Of a stretch of DNA of 64,000 bases, positions 1 through 12,269 are shown piece by piece. A program made the translations under genes and the position numbers. The stretch covers positions 310,001 to 374,000 of the forward strand of contig NIVC01000930.1 of assembly GCA_002269645.1 (NCBI GenBank). The letters run 5' to 3'. Under the pieces are notes generated by a model. It did not search any database. It was not told where the DNA came from and saw only the letters and a list, made by a program, of their open reading frames with translations. Positions within the stretch are counted from its first letter, which is position 1. Every line of letters begins with the position of its first letter. The stretch is from Macrostomum lignano. Taxonomy: Eukaryota.

Positions 1-3000
1 CATTGGCTGCATATTTCCAACTTGGACCGAAATCACACGGGCATCTACTCGTGTCGAGTGGAGAACATGGCCGGCGCCTCGGAGGTGGCCGGGTCTCTCT
101 ACGTGCGAAATCCTGCTGAGAATGGTGAGTATAGTCTCAACAGCTAAGAAAATTTAAGCAAAACGGTTGCAAGGCATGAACCCTTTAAATTTTTGTCTCC
201 GACATTTGACTGTCACAGTTTGACTGTCACAATTTGACTGTCACAATTTGACTGTCACAATTTGACTGTCACAATTTGACTGTCACAATTTGACTGTCAC
301 AATTTGACTGTCACAATTTGACTGTCACAGTTTGACTGTCACAATTTGACTGTCACAATTTGACTGTCACAGTTTGACTGTCACAGTTTGACTGTCACAG
401 TTTGACTGTCACAATTTGACTGTCACAATTTGACTGTCATAATTTGACTGTCACAATTTGACTGTCACAATTTGACTGTCACAATTTGACTGTCACAATT
501 TGACTGTCACAATTTGACTGTCACAATTTGACTGTCACAATTTGACTGTCACAATTTGACTGTCACAATTTGACTGTCACAATTTGACTGTCACAATTTG
601 ACTGTCACAATTTGACTGTCACAATTTGACTGTCACAATTTGACTGTCACAATTTGACTGTCACAATTTGACTGTCGCAATTTCATTGTCACAATTTGAC
701 TGTCACAATTTGACTGTCACAATTTGACTGTCACAATTTGACTGTCACAATTTGACTGTCACAATTTGACTGTCACAATTTGACTGTCACAATTTGACTG
801 TCACAATTTGACTGTCACAATTTGACTGTCACAATTTGACTGTCACAATTTGACTGTCACAATTTGACTGTCACAATTTGACTGTCACAATTTGACTGTC
901 ACAATTTGACTGTCACAATTTGACTGTCACAATTTGACTGTCACAATTTGACTGTCACAGTTTGACTGTCACAATTTGACTGTCACAATTTGACTGTCAC
1001 AATTAGACTGTCACAATTTGACTGTCACAATTTGACTGTCACAATTTGACAAAAGGCTTGAAAGTACATTATTAAACAAAAAAAGATGCTCATGATGGAA
1101 AAATTGGAAAAATGGATGCTCATGAAGAGTTTAACTTTTTTACGATCTGAAGATAAGCCCCTAATCACAAGTGCTCGCTAGATGGCTTGCGCAGAAGAGC
1201 ACTATAGAGTTGATTGATTGATATATCCTTTTTCGAGTCCAATCATAAAACTACCCATCAATCTGAGACAAAAATACGAAATGATGAGCACTATATTTAT
1301 CGATGATGAGATCATTGAGCACTTCAAAAAAGCCTGCCTGACAGCTGGAGATAGCGAGAGAGAGGGAGACGCAGCACGGTGAAGATTATATAGAGAAGGA
1401 TCGGCTTTTTCCTCTAGATGAGTCTCTCCCAAATGGCTGAGCACTGATTTACTGCTCCTAGATCACCGGGTGTTTTCATATCGCGTTGCTACTCAATAAA
1501 TACTCAGCCATGCGAGTTGAATCCCCTGAGGCTGCTGGGAGAGACCACTGTAGGTGCCAGTGGATGTGGCAGAACGGAATGATGTGTGTATGCGGCTCCC
1601 GCTAGGATTTAGAAACCCCAGTTTCATAATTACTACTGTTCCCAAATTGCTCTTGGAAGTCCACAATGTATGACTACGTTCACGCTGAAGAATATTCTTA
1701 AAAAAACCATCATCAATGACTGTTCTTTGTCAAATTTCCCATGGTTTACTGCAAGTAGCGAGTTCGCAAAATATCGCTTCTTTTTAACTAAAATCAGATT
1801 TAACATTAAAGAGAAATTCATCGCAAGCAGCTCATAGGATACTCGAAGACTCTTTTAGCGTAATCGTGATTTCAATCATAACTCGTCATTTCATTTCGTT
1901 GCTCAACCGCCAACAGCAGTGACAAGCTATCCGCTTAGCGACGCCACCTTCGACACCTCGGTGCTGCTTCTCCACGCCGGCGGCGCCTCCGTCTGGAACG
2001 GCGACAGCTGTCAACGGAGCAAAGACCCGACGGAGGCAAGCGTGGCGGACAATTGGGATTTGAGCACCGACTGGGATGTGACGCTGTGCGAGAATCTCAT
2101 CGCCTGCGACTGGGGAGCCGCTGTGCTGGCCGGTCGAAGCTGGGTCTTCGCTGCTCAACCGTCGCTTGGTCGCTTGTTGCGATTCAAGCCCGGCCAGCAG
2201 CGACCGTCGGGTCAGAAGAGGACCTACGACACTGTGCAGCTGAATTGCGCGGTGACGAGTCTCAGCTACCAGCAGCTGGCCGACAGAGTCTGGGCCGCGT
2301 GCAGCGACGGTCGAATCTTCGCCATTGACTCGGCCACACTGCAGAGTCCGCCAGTTGGTCCACTGTGGCGACAAGAGGCCGGCGAGACGGTGCTGGCGAC
2401 TCCCGACGGGGTCAATGGGTACGTGGTCGTGCGAACACGCAGCTGGGTCGATGGGGCACCGGTGACCATCTCAGTGCTGGACAGGAGCGGGCAGAAACGA
2501 CTGGCGGTGCAGCTCACGGTCGAAGAGGACTCGGCGCAGAGAGCTCGCGGACTGAGGCAGATGGCCACGGTGCTGCCGCAGGGTGAGGCCATGTTGTTGA
2601 GTATCAGATGCACACGTGTCATCATCGTCAGCTGATCTGAACTCTCATCGTCGCTGGTCTTGACTCCTAACTCTCATCATCAGCTGGTCTTGATTCCTAA
2701 CTCTCTCTCATCATCAGCTGGTCTTGACTATTAACTCTCTCTCATCATCAGCTGGTCTTGACTCCTAACTCTCTCTCATCATCAGCTGGTCTTGACTTCA
2801 GCTGGTCTTGACTCTTAACTCTCTCATCATCAGCTGGTCTTGACTCTTTACTCTCTCTCATCGTCAGCTGGTCTTGACTCTTTACTCTCTCTCATCGTCA
2901 GCTGGTCTTGACTCTTTACTCTCTCTCATCGTCAGCTGGTCTTGACTCTACTCTCTCTCATCATCAGCTGGTCTTGACTCCTAACTCTCTCTCATCATCA

Positions 3001-4734
3001 GCTGGTCTTGACTCCTAACTCTCTCTCATCGTCAGCTGGTCTTGACTCCTAACTCTCTCTCATCATCAGCTGGTCTTGACTCCTAACTCTCTCTCATCAT
3101 CAGCTGGTCTTGACTTCAGCTGGTCTTGACTCTTAACTCTCTCATCATCAGCTGGTCTTGACTCTTTACTCCCTCTCATCATCAGCTGGTCTTGACTCCT
3201 AACTCTCTCTCATCATCAGCTGGTCTTGACTCTTTACTCCCTCTCATCATCAGCTGGTCTTGACTCCTAACTCTCTCTCATCATCAGCTGGTCTTGACTC
3301 CTAACTCTCTCTCATCATCAGCTGGTCTTGACTCTTTACTCTCTCTCTCATCATCAGCTGGTCTTGACTCTTTACTCTCTCTCTCATCATCAGCTGGTCT
3401 TGACTCCTAACTCTCTCTCATCATCAGCTGGTCTTGACTCCTAACTCTCTCTCTCATCATCAGCTGGTCTTGACTCTTTACTCTCTCTCTCATCGTCAGC
3501 TGGTCTTGACTCCTAACTCTCTCTCATCATCAGCTGGTCTTGACTCCTAACTCTCTCTCATCGTCAGCTGGTCTTGACTCCTAACTCTCTCTCATCATCA
3601 GCTGGTCTTGACTCCTAACTCTCTCTCATCGTCAGCTGGTCTTAACTACTGGGCTATAAGTTCACTACTCATTAGTAGTACGTAGAAAGGCGGCACCATA
3701 CTTTTAGTCTGGTTGAAGACCTACCAAATCTATGGAATTTCAGGCGGCATTCTGCTTGTCTATTCGACGTTCTCGAACGCCGAAAGCGTCGGTTCGAACT
3801 CCACAGCCACCGACGGAGCCGGGCCTCCCATAGTGGCAGTTGACTTAAGAACCGGCAACCGTCTGAACGACTATCTGTCTGCTAGAGGACGAGCGGGTGA
3901 CGGCAGCCCAGCCCGCGGCTGCTTGTTCGTGTCGCCCTACGGAGATTTCGTTCTGCGCGTGTCTGGCCAGCGCATCGTGGCGTACAAAATCCGACCGAAT
4001 GGTGAGTCGCATGGGACAGACTGAAGCTGCAGTGCGCTGTAAGCTCAAGGGAACTAAAAAATACTTTACATCTATCTCTCTCTCTCTCCCTCGGACTCAC
4101 TGCTGACCTCAGCGCACTCTCAAACACTCACTGCTACCCTCAGCACGCTCTCAAACACTCACTGTTACCCTCATCACACTTGAGACACACTGTACACCCA
4201 GGAAAGCTTACGCTTCCAAGAATTTCAACTCCGTGAACGGAATAACCTGGCAAACAAGCGCCTACCGAAATGTAATCCTAAATTTAAAAAATCCTTTTAA
4301 TCACAGGCAAATTGGCTCCAATATTGTCCGACACAGCTGGTGTTCGACTTCGTAGCGTCGCTTTCCACCGAGGCACGGACGCGAAGCAGCGCGTTCTCGC
4401 TGTCACTAACAGGCCAGGCTGTCTGCTGACTGTCTGGCTGGAGAAACAACAATTCCAGCTGACACTGGGTAGGTCCGAGAGGGACAGAACGGGACAATGG
4501 GAGAGGCAGAGCGAAACCTTAAGCCAAGCCCATCTCCCAATTCCAGATGAGAGCTTCTCGGACAAATCGGTCGTCACAGCTCCGGTCTTCGGCGACCGCG
4601 CCCTGCTGCACTCGACTGACTCGGCGCAGTTCCTTCGGACAGATCGGCAAGGCGGAGTTCAACCCGCTGCCGGCGACGGGTGCGGCAAGCGGCTCTTTCT
4701 GCAGCTGCAGCAAGCATTATGGCTGATCGACTGA
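1..4734 (+). CDS. 3' part of a gene encoding an Ig (I-set-like) domain followed by a probable beta-propeller (NHL/WD40-like) region; exons <1-124, 1917-2582, 3744-4001, 4307-4734
   Basis: Bases 1-124 translate as HWLHISNLDRNHTGIYSCRVENMAGASEVAGSLYVRNPAEN, the Ig C-terminal pattern LxI..D.G.Y.C.V.N..G, ending at a gtgagt donor. All three introns are GT-AG and phase 1, and they join ORFs 1919, 3713 and 4312 in frame to the TGA at 4732-4734. The downstream exons are rich in short beta-strand/turn segments. The propeller call is pattern-based. Confidence 0.7.
205..1050. repeat. 14-bp minisatellite (TTTGACTGTCACAA)n, ~60 copies, intron 1
   Basis: Directly visible tandem array with few variants; each unit contains the palindrome TGAC-T-GTCA. 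Confidence 0.97.
2635..3645. repeat. ~33-bp minisatellite (CTCTCTCTCATCATCAGCTGGTCTTGACTCCTAA-like), intron 2
   Basis: Directly visible tandem array with a variable-length CT tract and CAGCTG in every unit. Confidence 0.95.
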
Positions 4735-4749
4735 ACAGCTGACTGAGTG

Positions 4750-4832
4750 CTGATTGATTGGTTTAGCTCGTATTGATTGATAAATTGGTTGATTGATTGA
4801 TGGATTGATTGATTGATTAATTGATTGATTGG

Positions 4833-4878
<46 letters not shown>

Positions 4879-4916
4879 AATTGATTTATTTATTTATTGA
4901 TTGGTTGATTGATTAG

Positions 4917-4983
<67 letters not shown>

Positions 4984-5016
4984 ATTGATTTATTTATTGA
5001 TTGGTTGATTGATTAG

Positions 5017-5093
<77 letters not shown>

Positions 5094-5095
5094 GG

Positions 5096-5143
<48 letters not shown>

Positions 5144-5219
5144 TTGGTTGATTGATTGATTGATTGATTGGTTGGTTGATTGATTTATTTATTGATTGAT
5201 TGGTTGGTTGATTGATTAG

Positions 5220-5253
<34 letters not shown>

Positions 5254-5360
5254 TGATTGATTGATTGATTATTGATTTCGATCACATTGATTGATTGATT
5301 GATTGGTTGGTTGCGATTGACAAATTGATTGATTGAATTGATTGATTGCTTTGATTGATT
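4750..5360. repeat. (ATTG)n tetranucleotide microsatellite
   Basis: Directly visible; it explains spurious ORF 5013-5285. Confidence 0.95.
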
Positions 5361-6747
5361 AATTTCGTCACACGGACAAAACTTAAAAGGCCTTCATTGC
5401 CCTTCATTGCAATATCTCCTATTGAAATTTAAATCATAATTACAAGCAGTTCTCAAGGACCTTTAAAACCCCTGGACTTGACTCAATGTGTTTGTAAATT
5501 GATAATTTATGTTATTATACACTTACTAAACAGACGGATGTTTGAAAAAACGAATTAAGCTTGCATTTCGATACTGAGTGTCCATGGAGACTTCAAAGGT
5601 CTTTGATTTCGTTGCCTTGGAACTGTTGTGTTTTGTTGATACTGCCACTGGTGTGGCTCGATCTGCTCTCATATTGTCATTAACCAGATTATTCACTTTG
5701 ATATCTATGTATAGATTTCATAAATTTAGCATCTTGTGGGTCAAATATAACAACCAATGGTACCAATAATACTAGTAGGTGAACGTAATTTCAAAATTAA
5801 ATGATTTTATGCTAAATAAAGCAGAAAAATGATGCACAATGTAAAATTCTTGACTTCATAAAGCATACGCTCGTATTTAATAAGGTTCATAGCTTTTAAT
5901 ACCCATATAAATAATAACCTTAGTAATATTATTAAAGAATTAATTCTGCTAATCTTATAATTTATCTGGAGTTTGTGAGCTAATAAAAAAAATAATTGAA
6001 TGAATAAGTAAATAAATAAATAATATACTAACCGCGACCAGCTCTGCTTAACTTGCAGATGTTAGTGACAAAAATTCGCGGAATTTCACGATAAAGAAAT
6101 TCAATTATAATAATTGCTTTGAAAACGAAAAATCTCCAAGTCTGTGAATATTTTTAGAGCACCCTTCATCTCATGATAGAGGCCATATTGAGACGGAAAA
6201 AGTATTAAGTTAAATTTTTAAAGCTTTCATTTCTATTAGCGAAATTATAGTTGAAAAGTGGCGTTGAGAGAGAGAAAATGAAAAAAAGTGATTTAAGGTT
6301 ACTGTTTATCTCTGAGCGTCAAAACAAATAAACCCGCAGTCCCATACTAAGGTAATACCTTTTATATTTTAGCTGAATCATGACAAAAACAAGTTATGCT
6401 ATCGGAGAAGTCTAGACAGTTAAAATAATACAACAGAGCCCGCCTCAAGGCCGCTCCAAAAACCGAATCCGGTTGGCTCATTATCGATGATGGGACCGGT
6501 TTGTAAAACTAGTTGGTGACCGCGCATCATTGTTGATGTGTGCTTCATCAGGGAGACATTAAACAGATGTCGCTTTGATACAAATTTTCAATTACATTAG
6601 CACAAAAGATGCGAGCTTCTAGAGATCATGTTTCAATTGAATTCAGTGCTTCAATTTTCAATGTACGAATTTTTATTCACAAATAGCCCACGCATGCATC
6701 ATGAGAAGGCTATTAAGAGAGAAGTTGAATGGGCAGGTTTAACACAG

Positions 6748-6964
6748 CGCTATCTGTCTCTGTCTGTCTCTGTCTTCTGTCTGTCTCTGTCTCTGTCTCT
6801 GTCTGTCTCTGTCTCTGTCTGTCTCTGTCTCTGTCTCTGTCTGTCTCTGTCTCTGTCTCTGTCTGTCTCTGTCTTCTGTCTGTCTCTGTCTCTGTCTCTG
6901 TCTGTCTCTGTCTCTGTCTGTCTCTGTCTCTGTCTCTGTCTGTCTCTGTCTCTGTCTCTGTCTG

Positions 6965-7044
<80 letters not shown>
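6748..7044. repeat. (TCTCTG/TCTG)n + (TC)n compound microsatellite
   Basis: Directly visible. Confidence 0.95.
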
Positions 7045-7048
<4 letters not shown>

Positions 7049-7310
7049 CTCCCGGATGGCCGACTTCGACGCAGCGTGCAACGGGCTGATGTCGAATCTG
7101 GTGTAGCACCAAGGCTACAGCCAGCGTCTCCTCCGCACCATGAAGTACGCCGGATGGGCTCTGCAGGTGCTGCCAGGCGCACTCCAAGTTCACCTTCGTC
7201 TGCCCCGGTTCGGCAGCCACCACCGTCCAGATACTCATCAGCCAAAGAATCGGCTGTAACGCCACGAACGCCGTCTATGCGGTGTTCTTCCGCCGGTGCA
7301 ACCATCATTT
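7045..7310 (+). mobile_element. Degenerate Penelope-like retroelement fragment (RT C-terminus, Cys linker and start of a GIY-YIG endonuclease)
   Basis: One frame reads [25 protein letters not shown], like the RT C-terminal F..A...L...L...GY motif. After a frameshift it reads GLCRCCQAHSKFTFVCPGSAATTVQILISQRIGCNATNAVYAVFFRRCNH, resembling the PLE pattern C..C...F.....I...I.C...NVVY.I.C..C. It has a stop and a frameshift and is truncated before YxGET. Confidence 0.5.
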
Positions 7311-7807
7311 GTTTCATTGCTGGTGTTGTTCTACAAGTATTTGCTTTATTCTTATCTGAAATTTTAAGGTCTTTAAGGCCTTCTTGTATAGGTATAGCTA
7401 TATATTTAGTATCTAGTTTTTAATATTTTTTTCATTCATTTTTTTTATTACTCATCATACTTAATCTATTTATTTTGCCAACCTTTTTTTCTCCGGACCT
7501 ATGTAGCTCGTACTATCGTACTCTACTTTTAGCCACCAAGCTGTTTTTTAGAGTCTCTGACTCATCATATTGTACATGCACTCACCTTGCGTAGTGCTTC
7601 ACGCGCTTGTACTTCTTTATTCCTCTCTCTCTTTATCGATTTTCCTCCCTGGCGTTATCCCCTTTAAATATTGACGGCAAATCGCACAAATAAACTTTAT
7701 ACTCGCCCTGACGAAGAATATACAATATTCGAAAAATCGGCAAATTTAACTAAACTGACCTTTATCAGTCCTTTTTACCGAGTCAGTGCCTGAGATTGGA
7801 GGTGCCC

Positions 7808-7809
7808 TC

Positions 7810-7846
<37 letters not shown>

Positions 7847-7942
7847 CCCTCTCTCTCTATCTCTCTCTCTCCCCCCTCTCTCTCTCTCTCTCTCCCCCCC
7901 TCTCTCTCCCTATCTCTCTCTTCCCCCCTCTCTCTCTCTCTC
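7808..7942. repeat. CT-rich simple repeat upstream of the DEG/ENaC gene
   Basis: Directly visible. Confidence 0.9.
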
Positions 7943-8243
7943 GGCTTCCCCCTGTCAAGCCGCATCACTTCAAAAACAAAAACAAAAACTCAAACACTGA
8001 GTCTCTGAGCTAGCGTCAAGAGAGGACAACAGAGGTTGGAAAGTCAATGCGGTCTCCGCGAGAGGATATTGGATTGGTAAAAAAGTGCGCGATTGGTTGC
8101 TAAATGCAATGGCTTCCTCCCCGTAGTCAAAACAAAATGAAATCAATTATTTATATATACGTCTAACTCTGCCATGGTAGGCAGAGAGAGCGTGACTTTT
8201 CAGAAATAAACCGACCATAAGATACAGTTTGACTTTGACTATC

Positions 8244-10675
8244 ATGGATAGCGAGCGAAACAACGACGGGATGAAGGAACTGCTGAGGGGCTTTGCTAGC
8301 CGGACCACGGCTCACGGAGTCCAACGGCTGACGATGGGCCTGAAGATGCAGCGCCTATTCTGGCTGATCATCATCCTGGCTTCCTGCGTCGGCTTCAGCG
8401 TGCACCTGAACGGGCTGGTCAGTCGGTACCTCAGATATCCGGTGACCAGCGAGGTTCTAACCGGCATCCGGGACATCCAATTTCCATCTGCGACCATCTG
8501 CTCAACGGACAATGTGCCTAGAATGTTTTTCGACCAGGGCATCCAGCCGCCTGACAATCTCAATCCAGGTGGGGAATATTGGCATTATTACTACGCTCGT
8601 ATTATTATTATTATTACTACTATTGTTATAATTAGTGTAAGGGGGTTGTGGGCATCTTAGCGCAAAGCTCTTGGCAACAACAATACGAGTATTCCAATAC
8701 GAGTTACGAGGATGATACATACATTTACATTATATGCAAGGACCAATGCATATTTTTGACTCAGAGAAAATTCTAAGTAAACAAATAAGGTCTTAGAATT
8801 AAAAAAATGATAGTAATTAACATCAGCTTCCTCTACAATTCCGCTACAGGCTTTATCCTTATAATTTCACAGTGTAGGCACATGATAGTCATACAACTGC
8901 CACCACTGCTGGGTCCTATAAAATTAGAATTGCATTAGCTCATGGTTGAAATTGCATTTTTGCTGAGGTGTGATTTCAAACCTTTAACTTCTCCCTAACG
9001 CCATCCAGGTAGTCCAAGAAAGGCCAGGTCGATCATCCTGGATACGGCCAGGCTCTACTATCAGCTGCGAATGCTCAACTCCAGTCTGAACCCGCTGGTC
9101 ATGCATTGGCCAAATGAAACCTTCGACGATGGCCGATTCGCTGCCAGAAAGATCGTCGGCGGCATGAGGGACAGCTTCCAGCAGCCGTACGAGATCGTGC
9201 TGAACTGCCGGTTCAACTCTCAGCCCTGCAGCTACGAGAACTTCACTGTCTACAGAGACGAACAGATGTGAGCATGTGAACTTGTTTTCAGGGTCTGTTT
9301 GCCCAACCTTAGCGGGGCAGCCAAGGTCTCCGCGCTTAGTTTAAGTGCGGGCAGAATGTGACGCGGTTCTCCGCCGTTTCCTTCTCTAGACCAACAACAA
9401 CAACAACAACAAAGTAATTCAACCGCCAACCACTCAGTGGCCAGAAAGGGGGAAGTCAGAGTGAGCGTCTCTGGGCCATAGCCCTCAGAAAGTCACACCC
9501 CCCAGCTTGGTCCGGTCGTATCCTGGTACATCGCCATGATGGCGGAAATCAGTTGCTCCGGTACATTGTATGCGCTCTAGATCACAAAAGAGGCAAATGG
9601 AGGAGCAAACGCTTTGCATTGAAGTAGCTCGCATGCCTCTAAAAGGAGCCATGATCAAGGATATTAGGTATTTGATCGAATACCTTCCGGTTTATAACAG
9701 GCATCGTCTTACAGATACGAACAGATGTGAGCTTTAGAATTTTATTTTCAAGGGGACTGGCGATGACTTCTGACTAGCAGAGGTAGTTAAGTATAATCAT
9801 TCTTCCGACCGATTCTTCGGAGCATTCAGACGCACTCCTGACGTTTAAATAAACTCTTCAAAATTCCATATTAAGGTACTACTGTCTGACCTTTGACCCA
9901 CCCAATGGCACTGTGGCTCGCCCAGACGTCGGCAACGGCCTGTACATGGTTCTGATGGGGGTGAGCGACTCCCTACGCTCTGATGACGAGCAGGCCGAGT
10001 ACACTGCTGGCTTCCGGATTGCTCTGCACGACAAAGGTGAGGCTTTTGATTCTGGTCCGCTCTGTAAACTTCAAGCAGTGTCCGAATTCAGATGCAAAAA
10101 GCCTACGAGCAAGTAAACACAGCTTGCGGATCTCCTTCAAAGCAACTTCCAGGCAAGTGAATTCCATCAAGTCTGAGAAAATTCTGTTGCTAACGAATTT
10201 TTTAATCGAAATTGGCTTTAAGTCAACATCCAAAGGGATCTTCACAGTCCTCGCACAACGCCTTCTGCGACATTGTCACACAACTAGCGCTGAGGCAATT
10301 GGTCCTCGCGAATGTGAATCGATGATTTTCTAAAAAACACTTCAGGCGTGAAACCGGATCTATCAATGGCTTCGTTCATGGCCCCTTACGGAACCAAGAC
10401 AATGGCAAAGTTCTCCGTGCACTCCTTTGAGCGAATCAACCGGGCCAATTCTCCCTGCGAGGACCAGCTGCCAAATGCTGAATACACTGAGGTCTACTCA
10501 TCACCTACTCCGAGCGGATTCGAGCATCGGACCTTCAGAGGCTGGACGCGCGACTGCGAGTGGCGCCGAATGCAGGACGAGTTCGTGTCCGAGTGCGGCT
10601 GTCTGGCCTCGCACCTGCCGCTGCCCAGAGACCTGATGGAGAGCGGCTTGAGGCCGTGTCACGATGGACTTCCTG
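8244..10675 (+). CDS. DEG/ENaC (ASIC/FaNaC-like) sodium channel, 5' part (exons 8244-8568, 9009-9267, 9876-10036, 10346-10675); exon 4 is interrupted by the transposon
   Basis: Family motifs FASRTTAHG (HG motif), TM1 (RLFWLIIILASCVGFSVHL), YPV..., FPSATICS, NCRFNSQPC..ENF, YYCLTFD, GL..VL, AGFRIALHD and a Cys-rich ECGC region. Splice phases 1, 2 and 1 all join in frame. Confidence 0.93.
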
Positions 10676-10698
10676 CCCGATTGAAAATCGGGGGCCCC

Positions 10699-11250
10699 AT
10701 CGGCACTGACTGCCGACGGATCGGCACTGGTCTGTCGGCACTCAGAGTGTCCGGTAAAGTGGCTCATATCGGCACCGACGGTCGGTACTGTCGGTACTGA
10801 ACATCGGCACTCGCCGTCGGCACTGACCTAGAGCCTTCGCCGCACCCTCGCCCATTCGCCGTCGGCACTCATGTCGACACTCCCGTCGGCACTCATGTCG
10901 GCACTCCCATCGGCACTCCCATCGGCACTCATGTCGGCACTCCCGTCGGCACTCCCGTCGGCACTCCCGTCGGCACTCCCGTCGGCACTCATGTCGGCAC
11001 TCCCGTCGGCACTCACATCGGCACTCATCGACACTCCCGTCAGCACTCCCGTCGGCACTCAAATCGGCACTCATCGACACTCCCGTCGGCACTAAATCGG
11101 CACTCATATCGGCACTCAAATCGGCACTCATCGATACTCCCATCGGCACTAAATCGGCACCCCTGTCGGCACGTAGGCCCGTAGGCCCGTATATCGGTAC
11201 TCCCATCGGCACTCATGTCAACCCTCATATCGGTACTCACATTGGCACTC
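10699..11250 (+). repeat. Left subterminal repeat array of the transposon ([AG]TCGGCACT motif)
   Basis: Dozens of GTCGGCACT/ATCGGCACT copies immediately inside the left TIR, as expected for CACTA subterminal protein-binding repeats. Confidence 0.9.
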
Positions 11251-12269
11251 ATTGGCCCTCGTGTCGGCTCCCATATATCGGAGGCATTTTGTGTCGTGAA
11301 TCAATGGAATAGTTAATTACGTTATTAGTGTAATGGCAAAATTATATTAAAATAAAATTAGACCTGTGGACGTGAGACAGCAATTTAACTCCAGCATCAC
11401 TGAATCACCGTACACGTACCACGTACATGTATCCCCTATCGAGCATGCGTTCCATAAAGAAGTGGCAGGCAATGCAGGAAATATGGACAGAACAGTGTAA
11501 TTGTCACATAGATGGTGGCCAAAAGTAGATACATGTATAAATATTACCCATTTATTTGGATGACTAGCCTTGTAAAGGCTCGACAGTTGACCGAGGCGAA
11601 AGCAGAAGGGAATTGGTGCCAATCGACAACTGTTGCGTGGGGATGGTAGGCAACGAATTATTCACGTATAAAAATAAACAAATAATAAAACAGAAACTGA
11701 ACCCTGCAGAGAGACTCGGATTTTGGGCACACGTACGCGTGCTATGTGTTCTGTTAAAAGGAAATGACACACAATTTAATAAAATGCTGCCCCTTCGCTT
11801 GCTACTACAACTACTACTTCTACTACTACAGCTAGCGTCTACCTACTTCTGGAAGTAACTGGACCTACGTTATACTTTGCTACTTATATTACTAATCACT
11901 TATAGCGGGACCTCCAAATACCATCCGACTCCCATAAATGTCTGAGGTGGGGTGGGGTTTGAGGTGGATGCTCGCATCGGAAATGTAAGCGGGTCTTTGG
12001 TGGTCATTACGGTATAAGCAGGTGCAAACTAATGCTCAAAACTTAAAACTTAAAACTTAAACGTAAAAGCTTAAAACTAACTTCTTAGCTATAATGCTAT
12101 ACGCATTTAGAGTAATGCTAGAAGAGTAAGGAAACTAAGGCTATATAATACTTTTTTCTTCAAGGGTCTATCAATGGCATCGTGGACGTTACGTGGTCCC
12201 CCAACTGTGCTAGGAATTATACTTCAATACTTTAATTAAACATACAATCCCCGCGTCCTAGACCCCGAC

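Noticed and set aside
5013-8013. ORFs of SINQ, ER/RE, LSLS and SVSV repeats
   Set aside because: Translations of ATTG, TC and TCTG microsatellites; no coding signal.
10742-11252. ORFs rich in ECRREC/SADGSAD
   Set aside because: Translations of the transposon's subterminal repeat array.
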